63,970 nucleotides of DNA, filler included, from Polymyxa betae A26-41 (GCA_003693705.1; 9 parts of 9 records of this genome joined end to end with filler, not necessarily neighbours in it); one strand, 5' to 3'; shown: positions 20,760 through 35,400, counted from the first letter of the whole stretch. Translations and numbers: made by a program. The notes: generated by a model from the sequence alone, not told the origin.

Positions 20760-23700
20760 GTGATGCAGAAGCAGTTCGTCAAAACTAATCGGGTACGGAG
20801 TTCAATACATACAAAAGCTGTAATCTATGTGAAATTTCAATAAAGAGGAAGGTTACAAAGTGGAAGAACCTTGAATTAGAAATCTTCTGATTTGCTGCCA
20901 TAAAGTGTAACAAAGACGGCCCAGCTGCGACTCAATAGCAGCCCTGGTCTAGATACAGTCTAAGGGAATGCATTTCGAAGCTGGCCAAAGACCTCGTACA
21001 TGCGGATATTTGGTGACAGGGATAAACTGATCCAATATTGCAGCAAGTATCCTTAAATCATGGATGTAGATGGTAGCTCGAGCATGACTTCCAATTAATG
21101 TCGATACAACGTCTTCAAGAATTCGTAACAGCTCGCATATATAACAGACACGAAATCGTCGATAAGAAGTCGAAGGGTAAACCTATAGAATTCATTACCA
21201 AGCGCAGTCAAAGAGAATCGTGCACTCTACCATATCGAATGTAGAAACGAATATTTGAATTGGTTGACCGCCACCACGGCTTGACGATAAACCCGAGAAA
21301 TATCAAATCGACGCAATGAAGAAACACCTCGTAAAGCAACCTAGAGAATGTTTGGAAGCGATAAATGATGGAAAAACCAAGTACCATTCGAGCAAATGGA
21401 ACAGTCAGTGAATGAGGGCAACTGAACGAGAACACCAAAGGCATCTATCATGACCATAGGATTACTTTCTTTGATAACAGTCACTACTAATACTGTATCC
21501 GTCAATATAAAAAAGTGGTGCAAAATAACAATACGTTTTGGTGTTAAAATTGGAGTAGAGTAACGAACAGCCGCGTGACGCTTGAAAATATCCTCAATTC
21601 GGGATACAATTCTCATTGATGCAGGAGTACAGTATGAGCAGAAGAAAAAATTCCCTAAAGGATATCAGCTAGAAGAAGTAGACAACTTATACAATACAAG
21701 GGACATGATAAGTGGCTGACACAGAATCCATATCGAATGTCATGTCAATTGCACGATCTGGTGTAATACGAGAAAGGGTTTCAACAACTCGAGAGCGGAA
21801 TGCAGAATTTGGTACAGAAAGCGAGTCCAGAACGGTTTGAATTTGAGCTTCATCCTCAGCCAGAGGTATCAGACCTTGTCTAATTCCAAAATCAGTAGAA
21901 GTAGCCGGAATATACAAAAGAGCGACTTCAGAAGGGTCTCAGCGGACGGCCTTCTCTTTGGATCACGATCGAGCAACATCGACACGATCGAGCGAAACTC
22001 ATGCATGAAACGCTTACTGATTAATTCAGTGGCGTGATCAACAGCTCATAAGCGCGGTGAACCAATGAAAATCTGAAAATGTTATTTGCTAACCAGTCTT
22101 CCTGAAAGCAGTCAAAGCAATGTGACGTTCCTTCGCGGTAGCGAAATGTGTGAACACTTCAAATAAAGTGATACACAAAGCATACATATACGTCTTATCT
22201 GATATCTCACCACCTGAAGACAATTTAACTTAGCATTAGGTGGGAAAAAATGTAAACCTGTCAGGTGAGCGATAATACGGAGTGACCACACAGTCGAAGT
22301 GGGTTCCATTCTTCATGCTCATTGCAATAATCTGACACGCAAGAAAACTTCTATAACTTCAATCCATCACCGGATCCGCTATGTTGTAGAAGTTCAGCAT
22401 TCCAAGAAATTGCCAAGCCTATTATCATTAAAATCAGAAGAGGCGAGGCAAAACTAACAAACTTACCAAATCTCCAATTTTGATATCACCACTTTCATCG
22501 AAGAAGACTATCCAAATTCAGCACATTCTGTAGCTAAACTCAACGACCAGCCGTTGGGCTATAACAATCGAAGTACAAAAAGCACTGCATTTGAAAACAT
22601 CCCGACCGGTTTGATATTGCGATGAACTACTCCTTGTTGATGGATGATACAGCAACGCTTCGCACAGCTGCGGAACAAATTTTCATACAGCAGATTCTGT
22701 GACTCCGCCTTCATTAATAACAGCACGAAGGGTCTTATTAGGTCAATATTCAAACTGGATAAATCTGCCACGATACTTATGAAAACGTTCCAGAAACATT
22801 AAATCTCTTACAGAGTTTCTTGCTCACCGGAAGGCGCTTCATCACTCAATAATCGCTTCAGGCCCTATGAATAGCTCCATCGAAAACTATCAGCTTACGT
22901 TGATAACACTACAATATGGAATAAATAATAATACCTCATCCAATCGTGAACAGAGTCATGTATAGCATGAGACGGCGCTGTAATCAATACTCCATCTTGA
23001 GATGTCTCTTCCTGATCTGAGCTGCGCTCTATCCAGCTTTGGTAGTAGCGAACTACCGTAAAGCACATCAGAATGAACGGCTACAGAAATATTCAACTAC
23101 CGATATAGCGGTGGTGTAGCCTAACAGTAGACATCAGATACGATTACACCATACGATTACACCAACCTTGGTAAACTACCTAGCAATGGTGGTGACCTCT
23201 GGCAGGATTCGGGATAGCTTTGACATTTCCTATCGGTAACGGGACCTTGGTTCGGGATTCAACAAAGAGAATGCCGCAGTTTTAACATCAAGAATGACTT
23301 TTTTAATATCAAACACGATCCCATCCTATATTTCTACACCAATGTTAGGGTAATTTATCATCGGAAACAGAATATACCTGGCTTTGATGACACTGCCAAC
23401 TCCACCTTGTCCAACAACGCCCAGCTCGGAGAAGATAGCTTGAGCTTCTGCGAGCGCCAGCAGGCTTGATAGAATATAATAGCCCATCAGCATCCTTTGC
23501 TGCAACGGGCAGCGTTAGTGGCTAATCAAATGTGGGATATCGTGCCAAGAAGGAGCTGTGATTTAATACCGTCGGCGTAGTGGCACTTCGTTGTGCTGTG
23601 GATTTCAAAAACCTTTGCAAAGGAGTTCCAAGAGCTTCGTTGAAAGACAAAGCGATCGGCTCGTCATCTGAAAAAATTCAGGTATGGAGCGGAAACCGAA

Positions 23701-24200
23701 ACGGTCGAACGTGCCGGTATGCTCGGAATCATGGGCGGAAGATTCAGCTTTTTCACAAAAAATTGGATGTCTTTTTCATCAGAGTCTGAGCCATAATACA
23801 GAAAATTAGTGGTAGACCACGAATCCTCTTCTTTCACATCCCTATTAAAAATTAATTGATAATAAGCAATGGTAAGGAAACCGGTCTACAAATCATTATC
23901 GAGCACAAACTCATTCATAACGAAGATATCATGAGCGGTTGACCGACTCCGAGAGGGAGACCTGATTTTGCCTAAGAAAATACAAAGGTCATGGTTAGAG
24001 AAGAAATTGTATGCACACGACCATACTGGGTCGAACGGGACCACGAAATGATTTCGAATGCTCAATACGAGCAGCTTTCTTTCTGAGTTCCTCTTCAACA
24101 CGTTTTTGAAACCAAGAATGTTCGACCGACTCCTTTCGTCTTGTTGCTTGCTTTGCCGTTGCAATTCAAGTTCGTCGCGTTGCGGTTTCTTATTGTCATT
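20760..24200 (-). pseudogene. GCN2: Degenerate GCN2-like eIF2-alpha kinase (kinase plus HisRS-like region), many exons
   Basis: FSELGVVGQGGVGSVIKAR, RILPEVTTIAR, HHRYI/VRYYQSWIE, VVHRNIKP, GDIKIGD, ERPSAETLLKS, then IFKRHAAVRYSTP and GVLVQLPHSLTVPFAR. Catalytic HRD appears as HRN; stops and frameshifts seen. Confidence 0.75.
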
Positions 24201-24279
24201 TCAGCATGCATAGATTCCGGAACCGGAGATCCTATTTAGCATAAGAATGCAACATCATGTAGAAGAATAACAATCAGGT

Positions 24280-25270
24280 TACCATGCTCGTCAAGATAAT
24301 CGGCGCAACCAATTCATATACACAAACTTCTCCCGTCGCGATTCTGCATTCCAATGTTTCAGGAATATTCGGAATTGTACATCGAAAATGGAATGCAAAT
24401 GATGAAACAGGTGGCGTAATGGTTCCGACAATTCAGAAGAGTGAAGGAAACGGTAAAGCCGTTGTTGGTAGTCATTCCACAGTCTCTTTTCCCTTTTCGC
24501 ATATTGAACATGTTCCAATACTCGCTCGATCATCTCTGTTGCGCAATTGCAGCCAGCAGCGGATCCGAAATCAAATCGTCGGCTGCCTGCATCGAATACT
24601 GCGGCTCTGTCTTGACAGGTAGAGATTGGATCTTGAAGACCTCCACATATGATATAGCAACCGCCACGGCCATCATGGTGATTGTTGCGGCAATCCACCA
24701 GATCATGGAGATCACAGATGCCTGGTAAAGGGCAGAGATTAACATAGCGCCTTGCATTATAAACAGCCAAAATGCTGTCATGCTGATTGCAGTCGAACTG
24801 AACACTTGCCATTTCGTCTTCCCGTTTTTCTCCGGGACCTTAATCTTGATGATAGCAGCTCCAAGAGCAGCAAAATCCACTATTACAAAGCTCATAATAT
24901 TGAGCTGCTGTAGAACGTACAGAGATTAGAGGACGCTGTGCCTGAGAATCTGATTGCACCTAGAGGCTGAAGCACTATTACGAATGATGTTCCGCTCTGT
25001 ACATCTAACTTGGCTTCTTCAAAGGCGAAAACTTCACTGTTTTGGTACATTCTTGACAGCGACGTATGTCTGTCCCAGACCAATAAATATTGCTACAGGC
25101 AACAATATCCACGGCAGGTAATCGAATATCATGAATTGATCACTTATACACGTTTGACTCGCACCTGTCGATCTCTGTTCAGAACTTTCAGAGGCACGTA
25201 CAATCGTAATGTTCAGAGACGGTCCACAAAACGTCATCAAGAGTAACATCTTATATCCGTCCATATAACA
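24280..25270 (-). pseudogene. Multi-pass membrane protein remnant
   Basis: Several hydrophobic helices (ORFs 25034..25264 and 24530..24895) interrupted by stops. Confidence 0.4.
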
Positions 25271-26699
25271 AGAAAANNNNNNNNNNNNNNNNNNNNNNNN
25301 NNNNNNNNNNNNNNNNNNNNNNNNNNNNNNNNNNNNNNNNNNNNNNNNNNNNNNNNNNNNNNNNNNNNNNNNNNNNNNNNNNNNNNNNNNNNNNNNNNNN
25401 NNNNNNNNNNNNNNNNNNNNNNNNNNNNNNNNNNNNNNNNNNNNNNCTTAACATAACTTCACCCTATCTATGACAGGAAGAAGGGTTTCGTTTAGGGTTC
25501 GGGTTTCTGATAAAAATTTCGCAGCTAAAAGATCTTTGTCCTCTTGGGATATGTCTAGGTTTTCATTATGACATGGAGCGATTGTCGTAACCTGAGCTGA
25601 AGTCGACAGATCAATCTTCCCAAAAGGAGGCGCTCTAGAATCTGAGCCACATATGATCTAAATTGTTTCCAAACGTTTGGTTACATTTGATCATATGCTT
25701 ACGTTTTGTTCACCCGCTTTCGCACCCGCGATAAAATTTTCGACGATTGATTTTTGAAAATCGCTGATTTGAATCCCTGGANNNNNNNNNNNNNNNNNNN
25801 NNNNNNNNNNNNNNNNNNNNNNNNNTTAATTAATTAANNNNNNNNNNNNNNNNNNNNNNNNNNNNNNNNNNNNNNNNNNNNGGTCTCGCCCGGGCTTGCC
25901 AGGGTAGTTCCGGGCTTCCGGAGGCCGGACGGTGACTCACGCAGTTCCCGCCGCCACTGGGCCCCCAGTGGCGATTTGGCCCTTTCGGGTCTCCTCCTGT
26001 CGCGTTAGGGTTCTCCACGATGGATTAATATCACTGATCAATCATTAGCATCGATTGACTCAGTTGTTCTATTGGTCTTGAATGTGAGACAGCCTCACTA
26101 CACAGCCGCTCATATGACTTGGCTAGGTCCATCAAAACGGTCACGAACGACCGTGGGCGAGTTCCAAATCGTGGGTCCGCGGCTATCTCCGCCTTCAATA
26201 ATTTCTTCAAGCCATAGGAGATATCCGTAAACGTAGCCAAACTGCCGGTAGTCACCCGCAGTTTCACCAAAATTATCGGTGGGCTGCGCCAAAAATGCGG
26301 CGGAGCCTCCATACAAAAAAAAACTACTGGTGAAACTGAAATGACTACCGAAACTGGGAGTGGCATAATTTCGCCTTCAGTTTTGGACCACGGGCTGCGT
26401 CAGTATTGAAGGGAGCCATTTTCAGGTCAGATACTGGTGACGTCACTGCAGGAATGTCATGTTCCTTGGACCCCGACAGTCTCCATATGGAGAGCAGTGC
26501 TGACCGCTTTGCTTCTGGTTTAGTCGAAGCCGTCGTCTACACCAGCATCAGAACCGTCGTCACGGGCGATCTCGTCCCAAATATTCGTTAATCAGACAAG
26601 AAATAAGTTTTATTAAAAACTGAGGGCGAAATTTTGAAATCAGGGAGAAGTTTGCGGATACCAGCACAAACTGCGGGTCACCGCGTTTTTTTAACAAAA

Positions 26700-26940
26700 C
26701 TGTCGGTGAAACTGCGGTCGACGTTTACGGATTTCTTTATTAGGGCGGACGGCATTGTGAAGATACTTCACGTCTAACTTCTCTCCATCATCATCCTCAA
26801 ATGACCGTTGCCAGCCGTTATCAACCACTAGTTGACCAATTGACGCTCGAGATCTATGACCCGTGCCATGGGGCATTTAATCTCCAGGTTCATCTCCAAT
26901 TCCCTCATCTTAGGATCCATTACGGAGACACTAGTCACCT
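26700..26940 (-). mobile_element. Gypsy gag remnant
   Basis: KMRELEMNLEIKCPMARVIDL...NGWQRSFEDDDGEK matches KMKKLKMDLKIDSPGLRVTDL...NGWNHLFEDEDGKK of the 33-kb element. Confidence 0.7.
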
Positions 26941-27439
26941 GGGAGATGAGGTAACTACATCAGCAGACTGCACAAATTCAGAATTGAATGAAAATCAGCA
27001 ACTCTTTGTGTATTTACATTCATCTTCCCACCATCATCATCGTCATCGTTTCGGACATTCAGAAGAATCAGTGTGCTCACAATCGTGCCATCAGGGCTCT
27101 TCACAAAACGTGTTGCAGGATTCGAGCCAACAAACTTTCCCATTTGGATAGTGTGTGTCATAGGCTTTGGATTCTTGTTTAACATAGCGCTCAGAATTTT
27201 GCATTCCGGATCGTCCATCACCTCAGAAATCGTCTTGATAGCGTGATCCAGAAATGGCGTTGCATTCGTGACCTTACTCACAAGAGTCAGGATAAGTTCG
27301 GAACCCGTTTCTGACACTGTAAACTTCATCGAAAAATGCCCCAGATGGGCGAATTACCAAAATTATTTCTCGGTAGGCGTAGAAATTAAATTGCGGCCGC
27401 GGACATTGTCCGGGATTTTTACCCCTCCATCCAGAATCA

Positions 27440-27805
27440 TGTATATTTGGGGGTACAAAGTCCCGCACTATACGGTAGTCGAAGTTGTGGATCGCCATCC
27501 CAATCAGAAGCTAGACTTAAAATGACGTTTGCCGTACAGAATTGTTGAGCTGGTAAACTGTCATGGTTTCATAATGGAAACATAATTACACAGGAGAGAC
27601 AGCAGGTTCATGGTGACCGTCTCTGCTTTTATCGTGATTGTAAGTTGAATGTCACTGAAGAGCTCAAAACTCAGTTTGCATTTGATAATGCTAGATTTGT
27701 GATTGAAGCGATTTTGGATGTTCACCAAAATTCTTCAATCTGGAGATCTAGAGTTGCTCGTTCACTGGAAAGGATTCAGTGATCTTGAAAATTCATGGGA
27801 ACCTA
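27440..27805 (+). mobile_element. Gypsy integrase C-terminus/chromodomain remnant, interrupted by a copia LTR
   Basis: PYRIV..VHGDRL.FY..KLNVTEELKTQFAFDN..WKGFSDLENSWEP, ending at the TGTTG of the next LTR. Confidence 0.8.
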
Positions 27806-29988
27806 TGTTGAGTAGATGATCCGGGTCTGGACTCCTGCTCAGCGTCTGAGGATGCCATACTATCTACGTTCAGATGCAGACGTATTAGTATCCAGAATCA
27901 AGTGCTCGATTTTTTCAGGACAGAAGATGGGTCGTAACAAGTCGGGCTGCCGGCGCACGTGGCCAGCAGCCAATCACCTAGTCCAGCGCCAGGTGGTCAG
28001 CGCCCTCGGCGCAGCCCAGTGCATTTCCCGGCGTGGTCGCTGTCCTAACACTCCCGCCCGACAACGCGGGGGATGCTCTTGCCGACATGAACTTAGCCCG
28101 TAGTCTCGTGAACACATTCTACGGCACGGCCTTGGTCAGCACGTCAGCGATCATCTCAGAAGTGGGACAAAATCTAAAATAATTGATCCCTCAGATATCT
28201 TGTCTCGTGTGAAGTGGTAGCGAACTTCTATATGTTTCGATCTTTTTGAAATCGATTCGTTCTGCCCCAAAGCAATCGTCGAATGATTGTCTTGGTAAAT
28301 CTTTGTTTGTGTCTCCTGCTTGAGACCCAGGAATTGAAGGAGGCCACGCAGGCAAGCAACTTCCCTGGTGGCCGCGCACAAATATAAGGTACTCGGCCTT
28401 CGTGGTCGACAGCGCTGCACACTCTTGTCTCCGGCTCGCCAATGATAACTGTCCACCGCCAAACATGATGATGAACCCCGTCGTGGACTGCCTCGCCGCC
28501 GCGCACCCGGCGAAGTCGGCGTCGGCATAGCCCTCAAGGCTTGACTCGATGCTCCCTCTGAACTCGATGCCCATGTCGACGGTCGCGCGTAAATACCGAA
28601 ACAGACGCTTGACTGCCTTGACATGTTGCTCTCCAGGATTGCTCGCGAATCTTGAGACCAAACCAGCTCCATGCGCCAAATCTGGTCTTGACCCCATCAC
28701 CAGGTACATTAACGAGCCCGCCGCCTGAGAGTATTGGTACTCCGCCAGAACACCATCATTTGCCTCCATTGTTGCTCCCATTGCAACGGGATTTGCGATC
28801 GGCCTGCACTGCATCATCCCGAATTTCTCCAGAATCTTGTACGCATAAGCCGACTGACTTATTTTTATAACTCGTTGTCGACGATCGCGTTCAATCTTTA
28901 GACCCAGAACGTAATTGATATCTCCCATCGGCTTGAGAGAATATTTATTTCGGAGCGAGGCTTAAATCGGTAATCTGCTCAGTGGACCCCGATGCGATGA
29001 CTAAATCATCAACATAGATCGCAACAAACACGAAGTGACCGTCAAGGTGGCGTGCATATACAAACGGATCCTCTTTCGAGCTGATGAATCCGATGCTTTT
29101 CAGTTCATTGTCGATCAGTTTCCACCGCACACGGCCGGCCTGCTTCAGCCCTTATATGGCCTTGTGAAGTTGACAGACCAGCTTGTTGTCATCGTCGCCT
29201 GTCTTTTGGAACCTGTCTAGTTGCTCCAGGTAAATCTCTTCGTCCAATGCTCCGTATGCGAAAGCTCAGTCAATATCTAGTTGCTTTATCTCCATATTGA
29301 ATCTAACAGCGATAACCAAGATCGCTCTCAACGACGTCAGTGACATAACTGGTGATGTGGTCTCGGTGTGATCGATCCCTAGTCTCTGCGTGAAACCCCT
29401 CGCCACGTACCTAGCCTTATAACGTTGAACTTTTCCCGCTGCGTTAGTCTTGGCCTTAAAACACCACTTGCCGCTCACGACGGCTCGGCCTGGTGGCAAA
29501 GGTACCAACGACCATGTCTTTTTTCTAACGAGCGCCTCATATTCTTCTTTCATAGCTTCTCGCCAGTGTGTTGACTCAAGCGTCTCTGTTGAAGTCGTCG
29601 GCTCCAGTCGCATATCTTCTTGTGCATTCAGAGCCCACTCGTGCATGTACCGTATCGGCGCTTTTCAGCTTCTCTTCTCTGCTTGAGCTGTTAACCTCGA
29701 TCCGTCTTTCACGCTCTCTCCGCGCGAGTAATCTTGTCGCTCGCCAACTGCCAGATTGTCATCCCTGTTGTTAGTACATTGACAGTAACTTGCTCCGGTG
29801 TTGAATCGCCATTAGGTGCCGTTGATGACTCGCCTGGTTGCCAACTAGGGACCGGTATCACTTCTCGTCGAGATCGGATGATATTCTTGCCAATCACGGC
29901 GTCTCGCGAGATGAATCGTCGCTTGGTCTTGGCAGACTCAAACACACCTGCTTGTTGGTGCTGGCACGCCAGACGAACGTCCAGCACT
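27806..29988 (-). mobile_element. Ty1/copia element (3' LTR 27806-28050, PPT, RNase H, RT), decayed
   Basis: LTR TGTTG...CTAACA with an adjacent purine tract; YKARYVARGFTQ, IYVDDL, GYADADFAG, SKHIEVRYHF. Confidence 0.93.
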
Positions 29989-32400
29989 TGAACCTGAAGA
30001 TTAAGCCATGATTGGTGACAGAACGTACACTAAGAGAGAAGGCTCGTTAGTTGATCACAAAGAAAAATGAATATTTGTATTCATATAATCGATATTCATC
30101 GGTCATAGTTTACTACGAATATTCATCAACAATCTCCCCCGTTTGCAGGAAACTATCACGCTCAAAAACACCTAGTTCGTTTCGCAAAAATAAAAATCGG
30201 CTACCGCCTAAATCTTTCGTAAAATGACCGCGATCAGGCTTTGACTTTTACAGTACTGTAACTCAATGTTCTTCTTCTTAACATGGTCGCGCACAAAATG
30301 ATAATAAACGTCAACATATTTCGACCTTTTCGTACTGGTTGTTTGATCAGCGATAGATATACACGCTTGGTTATCTTCATAAATTCTAATAGGATGTGGT
30401 AGTTGTTGTCCTTGGTAAACTAGTTAACAATTGTTTAAACCACAAAACTTCCGCAACTATGTCAGATAGAGAGATATATTCTGCCTCCGCGGTAGAACGG
30501 GATACGCACCCTTGTTTCTTAGAATAGAGAACAATTGGTCCTCCCGTATATAAAATTACTCCCCCTAAAATTGATTTTCGATCGGAAGAATCTCCAGCAA
30601 AATCCGAATCACAATAAATATTGATATTGTTTTGATTTTCGTGAAATCCGATTCCGTATGTTGAAGTCCCTCTTAAATAGCGAAAAATTCGTTTCACTAA
30701 TTTAACATGATGCTGGTTATAATTTGAAACAGCACGAGCAACAACTCCTACAGAATGTGCGAGATCTGGTCTTGTCATGTTCGAAAGATACATGAGATGT
30801 CCGACGGCTTCTCGATACGGAAACTCGCTGCATTTTCTTGAATTTCACCTTGAAGAGGTGGTGAAATATTTCCGTTCGGGGCTTTCACTGGCTTACAATC
30901 TTGCATGTTGAATAACTTTAACATCTTGTTGACCTTTGCCTCTTGAGATAGTTGAATTCTTTTATGTTTTTGATTCCTTGTTACATGCATGCCTAAAAGA
31001 ACTTAACTTCCCCTAGATCTTTGACTGGAAACACAGTAGACAGATCCTTCTTGAATTGATTGTATATGGAAAGAGTAGTACACGCACAAATTATATCGTC
31101 AGCATGAATAGCGCCCATGATATAATCACCATTGGTATAAGTTTTATAAATGACACACTTGTCGACCGCCACTGTTGTATAACCATGTTGTTCTAAAACA
31201 TCCAATAAGTGCTTATGAAGTTCAACAGCACCCTGCTTAAGTCCATATAGAACTTTGTGTAATTTACAAACCTGACTCGCAGAGGATGTTTTTGGCTCAA
31301 TAAAACCTGCAGGTTGCTCCATATATATTTCTTCTTTAAGATTTTGATGTTGAAATGCTGTTTCGATGTCCATTTGATAAAGTTCCAGATCTTCAAATGC
31401 CGCAATCGATATAATCATCCGAATTGATGCCGTACAAGCAACCGGACTGAAAGTCTCCATATAATCACACCCGAAAACTTGAGTAAAACCACGCGCAACA
31501 AATCGTGCTTTAAACTTGACAACCGTGTTGTTCTGATCTCTTTTCCTCTTAAAGACCCACCGGCTGTCAATGACTTTCCGATCGTCCTGCCACTGAACTA
31601 CAGTCCACAAGTTATTTTTCTTTAACGCTTTATACTCAGTCTCCATTGCTTTTTGCCATTCTTTTGCCTCCTGGTCTTTCCAAACTTCGATTCGGGATTT
31701 TGGATCATCTTGTTCTTGACATATATAATAAAATAATGTTTGCTCTTCACTAAATCTGGTTGGCTGTTTCCGCATTCGACTGGATCGTCTAACAGGGGAT
31801 TCTTCAACTCTCGATTCAGGTTCAGATTCAAGGACCTTGATGTCCGGATTTACGATATCCAGTTCATCAGTATCAAGATCAGCTTGTTGTTTTCTGGATT
31901 CTTGAAACACAGCATCTCGGCTCACAATAACTTTCTTTGAGGACTGGTCCATAATCCGGTATCCCTTCTTATTAGCTGGATGTCCTATAAAGATACCCTC
32001 TCGAGAACTACGATCAAACTTACCAGCTGGATCAACTTTATACCACACTTAGAACCGAAAAAGCGCAGATGACCTATACTTGGCTTTCGATGCGCCCATA
32101 ACTCAAAAAGAGTCTTTCCCTTGGGTAAACACGATGACGAACATCGATTACGAATATAAACAGCAGTTTGAGCTGCCTCTGTCCAATAATTTCTGGCTAA
32201 CGCCGATGATAATAACTTAGCCCTTGCCATCTCAATAACAGTCCGAATATAACGCTCAGCAACTCCATTCTGCTGCGGTCTCCTTGCAACAGTCAACTCC
32301 TGTTTAATGCCGCTCTTCGTTATCAAAATGATAAACTTCGCAGAAGTGTATTCTCCCCCATTATCGGAACGAATCCGACCAATTTGTAGCAAGTTGGTAT
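29989..32400 (-). mobile_element. Ty1/copia element (integrase, RT, RNase H, PPT, short 3' LTR at about 29989-30131) nested in the previous copia
   Basis: IRSDNGGEY, PQQNGVAER, YWTEAAQTAVYIRNR, KFKARFVARGFTQ, IHADD, YCDSDFAGD; PPT GGGGGAGA then TGTTG. Related to the 5736-7480 family. Confidence 0.95.
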
Positions 32401-32469
32401 AGTTTATCAAAAGATATCAAGAAAACTACAAGATTTTTCAAGCTATGATCAGGCTGCCCTAAGAACTTC

Positions 32470-35400
32470 AATCCAGACTCCGTACGGACTCCGCGACGGC
32501 ATTGGGTCCTGGAGCTTTTTGGGAATTGAATACAGAGCATTTGTTGATTTTACCTTCATTCTTGTGGATCTGATCGTAGAATCGAGAGAATTGCTACAAA
32601 GAATTCTTTTAGTTAGATGGCTACTCTGATGACGACGTCTGAAGATGAACCTTTTTATGATGACGAAATCGTTTACGATTAGGAAACTCCGACAGAAGAA
32701 GACGGAGTGATAGGACGAGGCTCTGTCGAAGTCGAAGAAGATGAACTCAGTCCGCCTTCGCCGGCTAATACTGATGATGATGATATTGGCAATGACGGCA
32801 GTCTGCCCAACAATGAAGAAATTGTGGCTAATCATGGCCGCCAGATGACAGATGACCGTCACCGAAACGTAGCCTCCGGCAATCTTGCCGTGGCTGAGAC
32901 TAATCGGGCCCCGTTACTACGGAAGCTGGATCCGTTGAGAGCAAGGATCGGTACATCCGCAACTTTCGGGATGCTAATACCGCAGGTAATCCACGATCTT
33001 TGGTCTCGATGATCGAGATGACGGTTTTAGAAACCATTTGCGAGTGTGACATATTCGTCGAAGTCGAGAATGTCACAGAAGACGATATCGAAGCTTGGAT
33101 TAACCAAGCTTTGAGGGATGACCGCTCGCAGGATTCTCAAATTGAGAAAAAGATGAAGAAGTTGAAGATGGATTTGAAGATCGATTCTCCAGGCCTGCGG
33201 GTCACGGATCTCTATGTACAATTTAATAAAATTGTCAAGCAAAATGGATGGAATCATCTGTTTGAGGATGAAGATGGAAAAAAGATGAAAGTTCGGCTCG
33301 TAACCAACGGAATCGAGCCAAAGGAATTGAAGACAAATATAAAAAACAAGATGAGATTGGAGCCGAAGTTTGCAAAAAAGCCCGTCGCCTTTATGGCATT
33401 ATTGCGAGAAAAGGCTATAAATCATGAAGAGACGGGCACCCTGAAAAACGATGAAGAAGATGACAAGAAGAAAAGTATGCGTAAGCGCGGGCGAAATGAT
33501 GACAAGAAGCCCGGAGACATGAAGAAGGCGAAAGGCGACAAATCAGACCGGTCACAATTGAAGTGTTTCAACTGTGGTAAATACGGCCATGCAGCCTTCC
33601 AGCGCCCAGAAAAAGGCAGCGCATCGGGCCGGTCCAAGTTGAAGTGTTACAACTGTGGTAAGTTCGGCCATGCTGCTCTCAAGTGCCCAGAAGTGCACAA
33701 GCTGTTGAAGAAGCACGATAGTACATTTAAGAAGAATTCCAACTACTTGATGATCTGTAGAATTGGTAGAAACCCAGACGCAACCCGGCAAATAGATGTG
33801 AAGATTAGTGAGGGCATGTACGTCCCTGGTATACTTGATAGTGGAGCCACAGACATGTCGCTGATCCCGTTAAGGATAGCAAAGGTTGCGATGCGGAACG
33901 ACCCGGCAATCAAGAAGGAGCGGCTGAGAGAGCCAATTCGACTTCGACTAGGTGATAATAGAACAGAGGTCGAAGCCACGGAGTGCGTAACACTCGATAT
34001 CGGGCTGCGCACAAAGGCCGGTGAAATTATCACGAGACAGCGAAAATGCCTGATTTGGGACGTTCCCAGTGAAGAAGTTTTACTCATGGGTGACCTACTA
34101 GAGGAACTCGGAATCGAGCCAAAAACTGCGCTCGACGCATTAATTGTGAGAAAACGAGCCAAGATAGATGATAATAAGGTCACAGAAGAAGTAGATAATA
34201 AAGAAGAAAAAGAACGCGATGATTGCGACCGCTTGGAAGAAATGGTAATAAAAGCTCCATCAGACGTAGAAGAAATCGAAGACGGCTTGAATAATTTGAT
34301 AGAAGCCGCTAGACGAACCGGCTTACCAGAAGAATGGGCGGAAAAGTTAAACCGGCTTGTTCAAAAGTATCGAGATGTATGGCGCGTAACACTAGGTCCC
34401 GATGCCCCAGCAAAGGTTACACCATTTGTCACCCGCCTGGTACCAAACGCAAGACCGTATAGATGTCCAAATCGGAGGTACAGCACAGAAGACAGTAAAT
34501 TTTTAAGACACTTTATTGAAGAACTAGAAACAAATGGCCTGGTAGAAGAAAACCATAATTCGGAATGGGCTTCTCCAGTCGTTGTGGTAAAGAAACCTGA
34601 CGGAAGTAGAAGAATGTGCGTCGATCTCAGAGGGGTCAATGCACAATCTGAAAGTACAGCATGGCCGATGCCTTTTTTGGAAGCGATTGTTAACAACTTG
34701 GCTGGATCGAAATGCTGGTTTAAATTAGACGCATTAAAAGGCTTCTGGATGATGCCATTAGCAGAAGAATGTCGGGAAATGTTTTCATTCATGACTGACA
34801 GAGGGGTGTATACACCAAGAAGATATATTCAAGGCGCTTTAAATTCTGCCACGCAGTTTCAGGCGAGAATGGCTTTTTTTATGAGCCTAATACAAGATCC
34901 TCTAATAGTGTGGATAGATGACCTGTTAGGGTATGCAAATTCACTAGACAGATGGTTTAGCACCTTGGAAGACACTTTAAGACTAGCAGCTAAACATAAC
35001 GTTAAGTTGAACCTGAAGAAATGTGATTTATTCACCCGTAAGGTTAAGTTTTGCGGACGAATATTCACTCCGAACGGAGTCAAACATGACACCAATCGAA
35101 TTGAAGCACTGCTTGGGATTGCACAACCCAAAACGGCAAGAGACCTACAGCAGTTTCTGATGGCAACACAATGGATGAGCAGGTCGATCCCTGAATACAA
35201 TAAGAAAGTACATAGTTTACAGAATATCTTTGAACTTAGTATGAAGGATCAACCATCGAGGAACAAAAAAGCGTTGCGAGGCAAGTTAAACTTTCTAAAT
35301 ATGGATGGAGCCCGCAACATGCTCTCGCTTTCGAACAACTGAAGACTGCTATCGCTAACAACGTGAAATTAGCGTATCCAAGAGAAGACATGGTGCAGTG

